A stretch of DNA of 64,000 bases, taken from contig NIVC01000300.1 of the NCBI GenBank assembly GCA_002269645.1, positions 124,001-188,000 on the forward strand, given 5' to 3'. Shown piece by piece: positions 1 to 39,683 of the stretch. The DNA is from Macrostomum lignano. Lineage: Eukaryota. The position numbers and the translations under genes are program-made. The stretch's first letter is position 1; each line of letters opens with the position of its first letter. The notes beneath the pieces were generated by a model that had not been told where the DNA came from, did not search any database, and saw only the letters and a list, made by a program, of their open reading frames with translations.

Positions 1-573
1 GCCTGTCCCCGCCGGTAGGGTGCCTGCAACGTAAGTAGCAGCACCTCCTGCACCGGCTCCGGACAGTAGGCCTCGGCGCGGATGACGTGGCCTGCCAGCT
101 GGAGTCGCCGACGGCGCAGCAGATCGCTAGGACGGGCCAGGCCGGCGCGATGATAGAGCGCCGTGTTGGTGACTCGCTCGTTGCCGATCTTGAAGGCGGC
201 GCGCAGCAGGCCAGCGTGCGCCGCGTCAACTTGAGCCTCGAGCGAGTCTGTCAGCGTCCAGGTCTCGGCGTTGTATAACAGGACGGTCTCGATCACCGCC
301 TGGAACAGCGCCGCCCTCTGGCGGTCCGGTAGGGCCTCGGACTGCAGGACTGACCTTATAGAACGAAAGGCAGCCCAGGCAAGTCCTCGGCGACGCCGCA
401 GATCCTCGCGGACGTCGGGAACCAGACCGCCGAGGTAGACGAACTGCTGACATCTTGGAAGCTCACTCGCCTGTCCGTTAGCGCCTCGGCAGAAGATTGC
501 AGCCTCGGTGTCGTCCGGCACGCATAGCACGACGGTCTTCTGCGTGTTGACCACCAAACGCAGAAGACCGTCG
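1..573 (-). mobile_element. 5'-truncated non-LTR retrotransposon (LINE); C-terminal RT/thumb region, runs off window edge
   Basis: Minus-strand translation LVVNTQKTVVLCVPDD...CQQFVYLGGLVPDVREDLRRRRGLAWAAFRSI...LFQAVIETVLLYNAETWTLT...LQLAGHVIR is typical of the end of a LINE RT. The 5' end carries a 16-bp fold-back (530-545 vs 558-573). Confidence 0.85.
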
Positions 574-1487
574 ACGCTCAAACGCACACAGCTTGGTGCG
601 ATTTCGCTATTCTCCGTCTTCGTTGCAGCAAAAATCGAATTCATATTATCGCTTGTCTTGTGTGGCTTTCCATTCCTGCATTGCTTAGCAAAATGGTTAG
701 CCTTACCGCACTTGGTGCACGATTTCCCCCAGGCTGGACATTTCTCCTTTCCGCGTTCGTGCTCACATCCGCAGAATTTGCAGATTGGGTGCTTCGCCAC
801 TATCTGACTTCGTTGAGCGGGTCCACCTGCCTGGCGGGCATCTGCGGCGGCAGTTTGCTTGGCCTTCTTGTAGCTCGAAACTCTTCGAACTGCAGAGATT
901 GTCGACGTCTCGCCCTTCATCGCGGCACAATTCTTCTTGGAGCTTTCCATTGACTCACAAATCGTCTTGGCTCTTTCTAGTGTCAGCTCGCTGCCTTCTT
1001 CCAGCAACTTCTCCACTGTGCTGTGATCTCGAAGCCCCATGACGATTCTGTCTCTGATCTGGCACTCCGCACATATACCACAGCAGCGCTCAAAGTTGCA
1101 TCGCGATGCCATTTCCTTTATTGCCACGTACCAGTCGCTGAACGATTGGCCCTCCATCTGATTCCGTAACGAAAACTCGCGGCGCTCGAATATTTCATTT
1201 CGCTGGCCCGTGATGAACAGCTCCAGGGCCTTGATGATCTCTCCGGCGTCGTTCTTGTTCTCCTCGGTCAGATGCGGCAAGCTGTCCACGACGCGCAGTG
1301 TCTCCATGCTCAGGCATTGGCGTAGCGCGAAAAGACGGTACTTCTTTTTCTCGTCCTCGTTGTCCAGACTGTTGAGTCCTGAGAGCTCCTCGAAGGCCTC
1401 CCACAGTAGCTTCCAATGTGGGTATAGCTCCTTCTGTGACTCGATGTCGAAGTGCGGCGCACTTCGGACGTCGATCTTGGGTGCCAT
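574..1487 (-). CDS. gag: Ty3/gypsy Gag (element B), truncated before protease
   Basis: ATG at 1487 follows an in-frame TGA at 1506-1508. Translation MAPKIDVRSAPHFDIE...RNQMEGQSFSDWYVAIKEMASRCNF...IRDRIVMGLRD...CPAWGKSCTKCGKANHFAKQC includes a CCHC knuckle. Absent from the ORF track because the frame has no stop before the window edge. Confidence 0.9.
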
Positions 1488-1510
1488 CTTGCACTTTTGG
1501 GCTTTTCACT

Positions 1511-1664
1511 TGGCTGCTTGCGATGCCATGTTGTGTACGAAGCCGAGCGGCTCAATATCGCGCAAACCTAAACTTTGCCCAGAGGGCTGTGCCGCGCTGT
1601 AGCCCACGCATATATTTCTACCATAGATATAAGGTTATAAGGGTACTGAGCCCAATACCCAACA
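1511..1664 (-). mobile_element. 5' LTR (1529-1664, 136 bp) and PBS of gypsy element B
   Basis: Minus strand reads TGTTGGG...ACAACA and is followed directly by a TGGCATCGCAAGC PBS-like sequence and then gag. It interrupts the RT of element A exactly at 1664/1665. Confidence 0.75.
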
Positions 1665-3468
1665 GGATGCACCTGTCAGCCAAAGGCATCCAACCAGCTG
1701 CTGAGAAAATCCGCGCAATGCAAGACTTCCGGCAGCCCGCCAATGTCTCAGAAGTTCGGTCGTTTCTCGGCACCGCAAACTTTCTGGCGAAATTCATCCC
1801 AAGATTCGCCGACGTGTCAGCCCCGCTGCGCCATTTGACCAAGAAGGGCCAGCCATGGGAATGGACTGCCAGCCACACTGAGGCGTTCAGCACAATCAAG
1901 AAGGCCATCGCCGGAGCCGACACGCTGGCGTTCTTCGACCGCAAGCGGCAGACGGAGCTTCTGGTGGACGCATCTTCCATCGGTCTCGGCGCCATCCTCA
2001 CCCAGAAGCAGCCAGACGGCAGCAGCAGACCCGTGGCCTACGCCAGATGTGTCAGCAGGTGCCGTGCCAAAGGGATTCAGCCTTCAGCAGATCTGAGACT
2101 CTTCAAGGACTGACACGGAGATCCAGGCTGCGCTCAGCGCGATCAAAACCGGCAGCTGGAACATGCTCGACCCGGTGCAACGCGCACTCAAGTCCAGCAG
2201 CAGCGAACTTTCCGAGAGCGACGGAATTCTGCTCCGCGGAGATCTCATCGTTGTCCCCGAGTCGCTGCGGAGACCGATACTGCAGCTGGCCCATACGGGA
2301 CATCTCGGTGCGGACAGAACCCTGAAGCGACTGCAGACCAAAGTCTGGTGGCCAAAGATGCGCAGCGACTGCAAAGTATTCGTCAAGTGCTGTGTCGGTT
2401 GCCAAGCAGCGGCCACGCACGTGCACCAGACGCCTTTGAAGCCGACGGAGATGCCGGGCGGACCTTGGCAACTGCTCGGCATGGACTTCTACGGCCCGGT
2501 GCAAGGTCAGATGCTGCTGGTCACCACGGACCTGTGCTCCAAGTACCCGGAAGTCGACATCATGCAGTCAACGACGGCCGGCAACGTGACACCGCATCTG
2601 AGACGGCTGTTCGGTCGGCACGGCATCCCTGCTGAGGTCATCACGGACAACGGACCGCCCTTTAACTCTGCCGACTTTCGCAGCTTCCTCAGCGGATACG
2701 GAGTTCATCATCGGCTCATCTGTCCGCTGCATCCGGAGTCCAACGGAGCCACCGAGCGTGTCAACCGCAGCATCGGGAAGGTCGTGAAGACTGCTGTCGC
2801 TGAAGGTCGGAACTGGAGAGAGGCCCTGGACGACTGGCTTCTGGCGTTCCGCACAACGCCTCACCGAGCAACTGGGCGGACTCCGGCCGAGCTCTTCATG
2901 GGCAGGCCGATCAACGACGGAATCCCAGCCAGCAGGCAGCCGAAGTCATCTGACGTCAGCCAGGAAGCCGTGAAAGATGAAGAGTGCGTTCGACAGGCGC
3001 TCGGCCGCAAAGAAGCACCGCATCGTTCCCGGCATGAGTGTTCTTCGCAAGCAGCAGGCACGCAAAAAAACGCAGCTGCCATTCGAAACTCAGCCATGGA
3101 CGGTGCAGGAGGTTCGAGGCGACACCTGCGTCCTACGGCGAGGCCAGCAGTATTGTATGCGGCACGTGACCCAGCTGCGGCCTCTGATGGAACCGGCGGG
3201 CCAGTCCACCGGCCAGTCCACCGGCCAGTCAGCCGGCCAGTCCGCCGGCCAGTCCACCGGCCAGTCCGCCGGCCAGTCCACCGGCCAGTCCGCCGGCCAG
3301 TTAGCCGGCCAGTCCGCCGGCCAGTCCGCCGGCCAGTCCGACGGCCAGTCAGCCGGTCAGTCCGCCGGCCAGTCCGCCGGCCAGGCCGCTAGTGAAGAAG
3401 CAGAGTCTGTGGCTCAGAGACGGCATCCAAGAGCAGCCCGCGACACGCCGAAGTGTTATACGAGTTAA
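1665..3468 (+). pseudogene. pol: Degenerate Ty3/gypsy pol (element A): RT C-terminus, partial RNase H, integrase
   Basis: VRSFLGTANFLAKFIP and LLVDASSIGLGAILTQ...PVAYA (RT/RNase H). Integrase HHCC (HTGHLG...CVGC) and core (LLGMDFYGP, ITDNGPPF, NGATERVN). Internal deletion near 2045, frameshifts near 2110 and 2975. Confidence 0.9.
3199..3386 (+). repeat. 12-bp tandem repeat (ggccagtccrcc) in the integrase C-terminal tail
   Basis: About 15 copies, encoding GQST/GQSA in the 2977-3468 frame. Confidence 0.9.
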
Positions 3469-3567
3469 GTAACTGATCCGCATTTCCTGAAGCGGCATAA
3501 CTCAAGCTGAAGCGGTGTACTTCGTAAACAGTCAATTTTCTTTAGTTCGAAGTTTTTTTAATTCCTT

Positions 3568-3787
3568 GGGGGGGGGGGAGAAGTGTAGGCAGCGCCTACT
3601 ATCGTGTGTGTTGGGGGGTTGTTAGCGGCTGCGCTGCGTGACTCTGCTAGCTCAACCCTTATGCGTACAATATCAAATGTGCATGGTGCGACTTTAACCA
3701 CCATTCTGACTCAGCTCAATAATTCAATAAATATACTGATCGCTATTATTCTCGCCTGCAAGCTTTCGGCAACTATCGACTACAACA
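3568..3787 (+). mobile_element. PPT (3568-3583) and 3' LTR (3584-3787) of gypsy element A
   Basis: G-rich tract ggggggggggagaag is followed by TGTAGG...TACAACA, with AATAAA inside. Confidence 0.75.
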
Positions 3788-3811
3788 AGCAGTCTAGCCT
3801 CGTTTCACTCA

Positions 3812-4318
3812 CTACAGCAGCCTCTTTGCAATAGGGACGAGAATGGCCAGCATTTTGTCTGTCACCGCCTCATCTTCAACAGCGATGCCATTGCTCAAAG
3901 CGGCCTCTCGGAAAAATACGATACGAGAATAAAATTTCAAAGGAGCTACTAAAAGGACTAAAGGACTAAAGCTAAAAAAGGAGCAACTTTCTTCAGCTCG
4001 CGCGAACTTACCGCGCACAAAGACGTCGCACAGGCCGGTGCTGACCCAGGCGTTGGCATTGGAAAACGCCACAAAGTCGAACAGCCGACAGGCCTCGACC
4101 AGCCAGTAGAAGCCGAAGCAGTCCGGCCTGCGGCTGCACACAAAGCTGCAGTGTTTGTCGCTGAGTGCGGGCTGCGAGCGAAACTCCGTCAGAGCGACAG
4201 CGCTGCCCGTCACGTTGGCGGTGAATTGAGCAGATCCGCCGGGGGTCTTCACCGCAGCACCCAACAGGGCCACAGGAACAATGATGGCGACAAGACGGCA
4301 GTGAAGGCTTTGCTGCAT
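3812..4318 (-). CDS. Small secreted PAN/apple-like domain protein; probable exons 4318-4012 and 3906-3812
   Basis: Signal-like MQQSLHCRLVAIIVPVALLGAAV precedes CSFVCSRRPDCFGFYWLVEACRLF, the PAN-type C-x3-C...C-x2-F...C pattern. Donor gtaagt at 4011 and a phase-compatible acceptor at 3907. The 105-nt intron is also readable in frame. Confidence 0.6.
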   Translation of the reverse strand: MQQSLHCRLVAIIVPVALLGAAVKTPGGSAQFTANVTGSAVALTEFRSQPALSDKHCSFVCSRRPDCFGFYWLVEACRLFDFVAFSNANAWVSTGLCDVFVRGKFARAEESCSFFSFSPLVLLVAPLKFYSRIVFFREAALSNGIAVEDEAVTDKMLAILVPIAKRLL

Positions 4319-5278
4319 TACGAGTATTTTTAGTGCGGCCGATGCGGGTTTTTTTTGAAAGTCCAACTCGAACTTGATGCAGCTGAAGCTTGTGCTTGCC
4401 GAGGTGCGAGCCCATTGTATGCTTGGCAACTGTGCTCGGACATGCCGCGGTGATAAAAGCAAAGCATTCTGATTGGCTGAATTCACTTGCATTGCTCCAA
4501 AGTATATACTTGAAAATTTATACTATTAACAAGATCAAACTATAGTTTCTATATAAATCTTTACTAGCACTGTTACCTACTCGAGCTTACTGAACTTACT
4601 CGAGCTTACTGTACTTACTCGAGCTTACTGTACTTACTCGAGACGTGTCTACCTTCTGGTTCTAAATTGATCCCTGGTTCCCTGGACTGACGCTCTCTAT
4701 AAAAGGAGGCGGATGGATACAACAAACTGCCGCCCATCCCAAGCGACTCCGGAATGTGCTGTTGTATCTCAGCAGAAGACATCCGGGCTTTCCACCATGA
4801 GCCTCACGGGCTACACGAGGCACCTTTTACTCCGTGAAAAACACCCGAAGCTAAATTAGCCATTTTTGTGGTCTAGACAGTTAAATGAGCAGCATTCTGG
4901 CTGCCAATGCCTGGCTTTAACAAATATCGGCTGCTCCACCTCCGGTGAAACCCATTCGTCTGTGAATGATGAGGCCTGCGAACTCGGGAACAGCTCGCGG
5001 TTTCTCCGGGCAACCAGACGAGTCACTTTCAACCCTAGCGCTGCAGAACCGCTTGGAGTTGATAGAGCATTTGTCCTTGTCTATGGCCTCACTCAGCCGG
5101 TAAAAGGCAACAAGGCGAACTGAAACGTTTGGAATCGTAAAACTTGACTTTTATGGGTTAAGATGAGCGAACCGGGCGCGAGTTTGTAAATATTGATTAT
5201 TGACACAAAGCTTGATTCCCTCAAGACGTCGAACTTCGCATAATTACTGAATATTTCATCCTTCATCCTTCGATCGAG

Positions 5279-5869
5279 ATGAAATCAGATTTCTTGTTAG
5301 TAGCGGTAATCTTGGTGCTTTCATTTCTTGGTAAGTCTGGTGGCTTAAGGTGGGAATAGTTAAAGATTTCTATGAACACTAATCTTTCAGTTAATTGCTG
5401 TAAACTTGAGGTCAAGAAAATAAGAGTGATAGCCGGAGTGACAATCAGTGATAACCGGAGTGACAATCAGACTTATAGCCGGAGTGACAATCAGACTGAT
5501 AGCCGGAGTGACAACCAGACTGATAGCCGGAGTGACAATCAGACTGATAGCCAGATTGACAATCAGAGTGATTGGCCGGAGTGACAATCAGATTGATAGC
5601 CGGAGTGACAACCAGAGTGATAGCCAGAATGACAATCAGAATGACAGCCAGAGTGATTATCGGAGTGACAGCCAGAACATCGTAGTGCAAGCCGAACTCT
5701 TTATCCTGCAGGTAGCACTTCAGGATGCACTGGTCGAAGAGACGCCGGCAGCAGCGTGCCCAAGTGCAAGAAGCTGAAGTCAAAGGAGTTTTGCATATTC
5801 GACAATGAGTGCTGCTCCGACAGATGCTTGCCATACACGAGGCTGAAGCCCTACCGCGACTGCGAATGA
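5279..5869 (+). CDS. Two-exon secreted cystine-knot (ICK/knottin-like) peptide precursor, 69 aa; exons 5279-5330 and 5712-5869
   Basis: Spliced product MKSDFLLVAVILVLSFLG-STSGCTG-RR-DAGSSVPKCKKLKSKEFCIFDNECCSDRCLPYTRLKPYRDCE*. Donor gtaagt at 5331, acceptor ctttatcctgcag at 5711, matching phase 1, C-C-CC-C-C framework, AATAAA near 6027. Confidence 0.8.
5428..5675 (+). repeat. ~24-bp minisatellite (gatagccggagtgacaatcagact) filling the knottin gene intron
   Basis: About 10 degenerate copies are visible. Confidence 0.9.
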
Positions 5870-6144
5870 ACAGGAGTTCAGCAGGTGATCTGTGTAATCT
5901 GGATGTCGCTACATGTAGGTACATTGTACAATGTTCAAAAGATCCTGTTTTATTGTGCGTGTATTTAATGTAAATTTGAATCTTTTCAACCATAATCGTA
6001 GATATTTTCTTTCATCTCTTACTGTTCAATAAAACTTGCATGGCGTACAGCTTTCAAATACTCGAAAAGAAAATTTCGTCGTTCTTTATGACGGCTTTCG
6101 ATGTGTGAACGTGTTTTTTCAGATCAAGTATCTATAAAGTCGAG

Positions 6145-6182
6145 TCTGTCTGTCTATCTGTCTGGCTGTCTGTCTGTCTTAG

Positions 6183-6239
<57 letters not shown>

Positions 6240-6332
6240 GCCTGTCTGTCTGTCTGTCTGTCTGTCTTAGTGTCTGTCTGTCTGTCTTAGTGTCTGTCTG
6301 TCTGTCTTAGTGTCTGTCTGTCTGTCTGTCTG
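6145..6332. repeat. (TGTC)n microsatellite
   Basis: Direct reading. Confidence 0.95.
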
Positions 6333-6939
6333 TAGCTGGTCTCCGCCGATCTACAATGCATGTAACTAAGCTTTTGTGCAGTTTCGAATCTCAATGTCAT
6401 TCCGGCTTATCGGACTGACAATTAGAGTGGCTTAGTCAATGGAGGTTTAAATTGAGGTCAAGTTTCCTTTTTGACATGTGATGTATGTACCCACACTGTA
6501 CAGCACATGTAAATGTATGCACAATACAAGAACAAGCAGTTGCACCCGTCTTTGCTTTGGAAAATGTGTACTTTTTCTCAGTACTAGCTACTTATTGTAA
6601 CAAATTATAAGTAGCGATTGCAACGGAATTGTAAACATGAGGGCGTCAACAAGCTATTAGTAAGATATATGTACACGAATTTAGATGTACAGTATTATAC
6701 TAAGTACGTCCCGGCTATTATTTTATTGTCCTAGGGTCCCACACTAAGATAATTAGTTAACTGTAAAGTAAAGTGTGAATGCGCGAATCTAATGAAGCCT
6801 CTTTCTATTTCAGTGAGTATTACGCTCGTATAGCAAAAAACACCCCGCGGCAGGCACACCGCGGGGCGCTCAAACCGGCCGGGAGAAGCAAACCGAGGAG
6901 AGGCTCGACTTAGTCTTAGACAGCACTTAGACAGCACTT

Positions 6940-9420
6940 TTCTCTACTGTATTCATTTTGACTATAAATTGCTATGCCAGGTTTAACAAATTTCTCAATG
7001 ATTAGCAAGAGAGTGGCCTTGTCTTATAAGACAATAGGTCAAATGATAATGTTGAAAGATATTGTCTTATTCTACATACTAGGCCTATTCTAAAAATCTA
7101 GCTCTAGATACTTTTCTAAGAACCTTCATAGTGTTTTAGCTTTTTTCCAAAAGGGGTTCATTGATATTAATCTTACAATTTATCCAGTGCAGTGCCTTTG
7201 ACTTGAAGGCTGTCCTTTTTATATTTGAACTATTTATCTAATCTCCTAAGTAAAGTTATACTAATTGATGATATATTTAGACTCAAATATTTATATTTGA
7301 ATTAAGGATTTACATTAAATGGTTTTGTGCAAATTGTTCAAATATTCTTATTGTGGCCATTCTAGTGTGTGCAGCAGTGAGCCCCCTTATTTATATACTT
7401 AAAATATACTTTTATCATAGGCGACACAGGTGATATTTCTTCTTACTCTATATATTTCAATCCCACCATTAAGCCACCAAGTTGTAACAAGCATTTTGGC
7501 TCTCTCTTTATTAATCCCACTGCTGCAACCAAGTTGTTGCAGGTCTACTTCTGTCTTGCCACCATAGTTGTCTCTCTATTATTCTATTAAATTTCTACTG
7601 CTGACAATAAGGTTAATGCTTGGTTTGTATTAGTTTCCTAACTGTTTCTTAGAATCCCATTTAAGATGTTTCTGGTACCGTTTAAGGTATTAGTCTGGTA
7701 GCGTCTAATATGTCTGGTAGTGTCTAGTGTATGGCCTAAGTAGTCTACTGGTACTTTTACTGTTCTTCCAATCTCTAGGGTGTCATCTAGATCAAAGGGT
7801 CACGGCTCTTCTTTCTCTGGAATTCCTTTGTATATTTCCCTAATCCTTTCTCTTAGTAAGTTTCTGAGCACTTCAACTTTTAGTTTTATAAATAACTAAC
7901 TTGGTAAGAATTTCAAGTTTTAAGTCTGAGAATATTACTATGAATTCAGCAAACAAACAAGCTAAGCACTAGTTGGTTTATTTAGGAGCAAATTGGCTTG
8001 TATATATAGGGTCTGGGAGGCTACATTTATAACAAATTATATTTATTGTCAATATTTCGCGTAGTAAAACTATTTACTAGTAGCTTACTAGTACTAGTAG
8101 CTAAATTATTTCTAGTTTTGTGCGTGGATTCAACATGGCTAATAATTGACTATTTTATTTGTATAAATCACAATAATAACTACACTACTATTATATATAT
8201 TTATTAGGCACATAAAAATACAAAAAGAAAAGCTTATAGGAGTATAGGCTAGCACACTTATTTCAATAGAAACCTCTCAAATATCAATGAGATAACCTAG
8301 ATAAAAGAGCATAATATTGATTAGGTAAAGATTTGACTTGAAAAAGTAACTTTATTATTCTAACTAACACTGTGCCATTTCTTATGGATACTACTATGTG
8401 CAGGATTTAGTATAGATTTCTTGCATTAAAAGACAAAACTATCCTGCAGAAATATAGGTCACAGATCTTATACATATTGGACAAAGGACAGTTTTTAGAA
8501 ATAGACCATTTTAGCATAAGAATGATATCCAGTTGTTTTCATTCAAAAACCTCATACCATAAGGTGCACCAAATCTTTAATGGTTGCTAGTGGTTTTAAT
8601 AAATTGATAAAAAAGTAACTAGAAGATTTACAATCTGCCAACATTGCTACTACTGCTAAAATGATTTATTTAGGCTTTATTAAAAGTGAAAATCAACATA
8701 GAATATATTCTTTCGACGCGTTTCAAGGGTCCAACTAGGGCCATCTTCAGGTCTGGACCAAAATGCGTTGAAAGAATATAATGTATGTTGATTTTCACTT
8801 TTATTTTTCTTCGTTAAAAGTGGCTTTTCCATTATCCACTGGGAAGCAGAGCTGGAGAAGCTGTGGCTGGGTCTAGACTAGCAATGAGTGCTGCTTCATT
8901 TTAAATAGGTTGGCAGTGCACTCTATCTCACATTGTTGCTTGAATGCCTTTAGCCAAATATGGATGGCCTATTATGTGTGCTTTACAATCTTTACTTTCT
9001 TAAGCTCACTGCTCAATCTGTTGCTGCAGGCTGTCGTAATTATTCTCTTGTCTTGGTGTGCCATGTCCTAGCTGATGTTGTCCTTGTAGAAGCTCATCAG
9101 GTGGATCTTTAGACATGTTGCTTCCCGCATCTTGCCTTGGTATCAACTAACAGAAGTTATTGGTTGCTGCTGCTGTGACAGCTTCTGCTGACTCAGTAGA
9201 CTACTTATTGCAATGCCATTCCCCAGCCTATACACCAGGATGCCAAAGTTAAAGTTCATGCATCATGACACATGCTATGATATAAAATATCCGAGTTTGC
9301 CAGTTGCAGCTTTTTCAAAATCAACACTATATTCTATTAAATATTTGATATTCTATAAATACATGGTTAAAAATTGATTAGCCACTAGATTGAACTTTTA
9401 AATAGAAATGACTTTGTTTA
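6940..9420. other. AT-rich, CpG-depleted block; probable decayed transposon relic
   Basis: CpG is almost absent and TpA is abundant compared with the CpG-rich flanks. No ORFs over 60 aa. A 43-bp-arm inverted repeat lies at 8681-8803. Confidence 0.45.
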
Positions 9421-9473
9421 TATTGTTACAAAAACTTTACTAATGCCATCTGCAGAGCGACTGTCTCAAGGTG

Positions 9474-9794
9474 ATGGAGTCGGCAAGCAGACAGCAAGCG
9501 CTGGCCTCTCTAGCCAGCATTGAGGAACCCATGGACCTCATCCGCGTGTCCTTAGACGAAATTGTTCACGTGAAGATGCGCAACGAACGGGAGCTGAGAG
9601 GCCGGCTGCACGCTTTCGACTCGCATCTCAACATGGTGCTCGGCGACGTTGAAGAGACTGTCACCACGCTGGAGATTGACGAGGAGACCTACGAGGAGGT
9701 GTACAAAGCCACGAAGCGGACGGTGCCGATGCTCTTCGTTCGAGGCGACGGAGTCATTCTGGTGTCGCCTATTGGGTCAAGTCAGGCCGCCTGA
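9474..9794 (+). CDS. LSM3: U6 snRNA-associated Sm-like protein LSm3, coding region in one exon
   Basis: [83 protein letters not shown] matches the LSm3 signature. Branch point and acceptor (ctaat...tgcag) at 9455; AATAAA cluster near 10065-10078. Confidence 0.95.
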   Translation: MESASRQQALASLASIEEPMDLIRVSLDEIVHVKMRNERELRGRLHAFDSHLNMVLGDVEETVTTLEIDEETYEEVYKATKRTVPMLFVRGDGVILVSPIGSSQAA

Positions 9795-10641
9795 GGAGCT
9801 GAGAGTCTCGCAGTGCTGAACTGACTGCTAAAATAGCAAAAGTTGCAGTAGGATAGATCAGTTTTGTTCATTTTTTCTACACAAAATCCTTAATCGTGGG
9901 TAAACTCGCATGATTTCAATTATATAGCTATGGTTCTTAGAAGCCACTGAAAATTCAAGCGTTTTCACAGTGAAATTATCATTCTGCGTTTAGTACCAGC
10001 AGTAATATATGCGTATACTACTACTATCAATGTCTTTAGTGATTTTGTAAGACGATTATTAACTAAATAATAAATAAACTGATGTCCCCGTGGCCTGTCT
10101 CTGTGTCTATATTTTGTGCATGAGCAGTTTTACACTGAACAAATTTTTGTGCTCTTTTTATGCTTGCTTTATTTTAATACGGAAAGAAGTCCATGCATTC
10201 TTGAAGAATCGAATGGGGGGATTCTTGAGCCGACAAGCCAGTTGAGACTCTTGAGTTGGGAGTTTTTCAACTCAATAATTGCAATTGAGCTGATCAATTG
10301 GCAATGGCCATACATATTAGCAATGGACGCTCAGGGAGCTCCCAAGTCGCCTATCGCCTGCACCTGGCCTCTTCTCCGGCCCTCCGTTCCTATTGTTGTT
10401 GCTGCTGGCCCAATGCTGGTAGACTGGCTGGCTGTGCGCAGCCTTGGAGCAATGGAAGCTCAGCAACCCTGCTACAGAGCCACCGCAATATGCGGATATA
10501 AGCCTGGCGCTGCGGTTGTGCAAACCGAGGGTGGCACGGACTAGTTGGAACTGAATCTTGAGGTCTCTTACGTTGATTCGCGCTGCTTAGTGTGTTTGAA
10601 GCAGCGAGCCGCTTCGGCGAAGGAAGATCTTGTTTTGGATT

Positions 10642-39683
<29,042 letters not shown>

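Noticed and set aside
4319-4492. N-terminal extension of ORF 3812-4492
   Set aside because: It starts at a non-ATG codon; the signal peptide begins at ATG 4318.
10116-10544. ORFs upstream of the VWA gene
   Set aside because: No homology cues or splice context; more likely promoter or UTR (gatataag near 10496).
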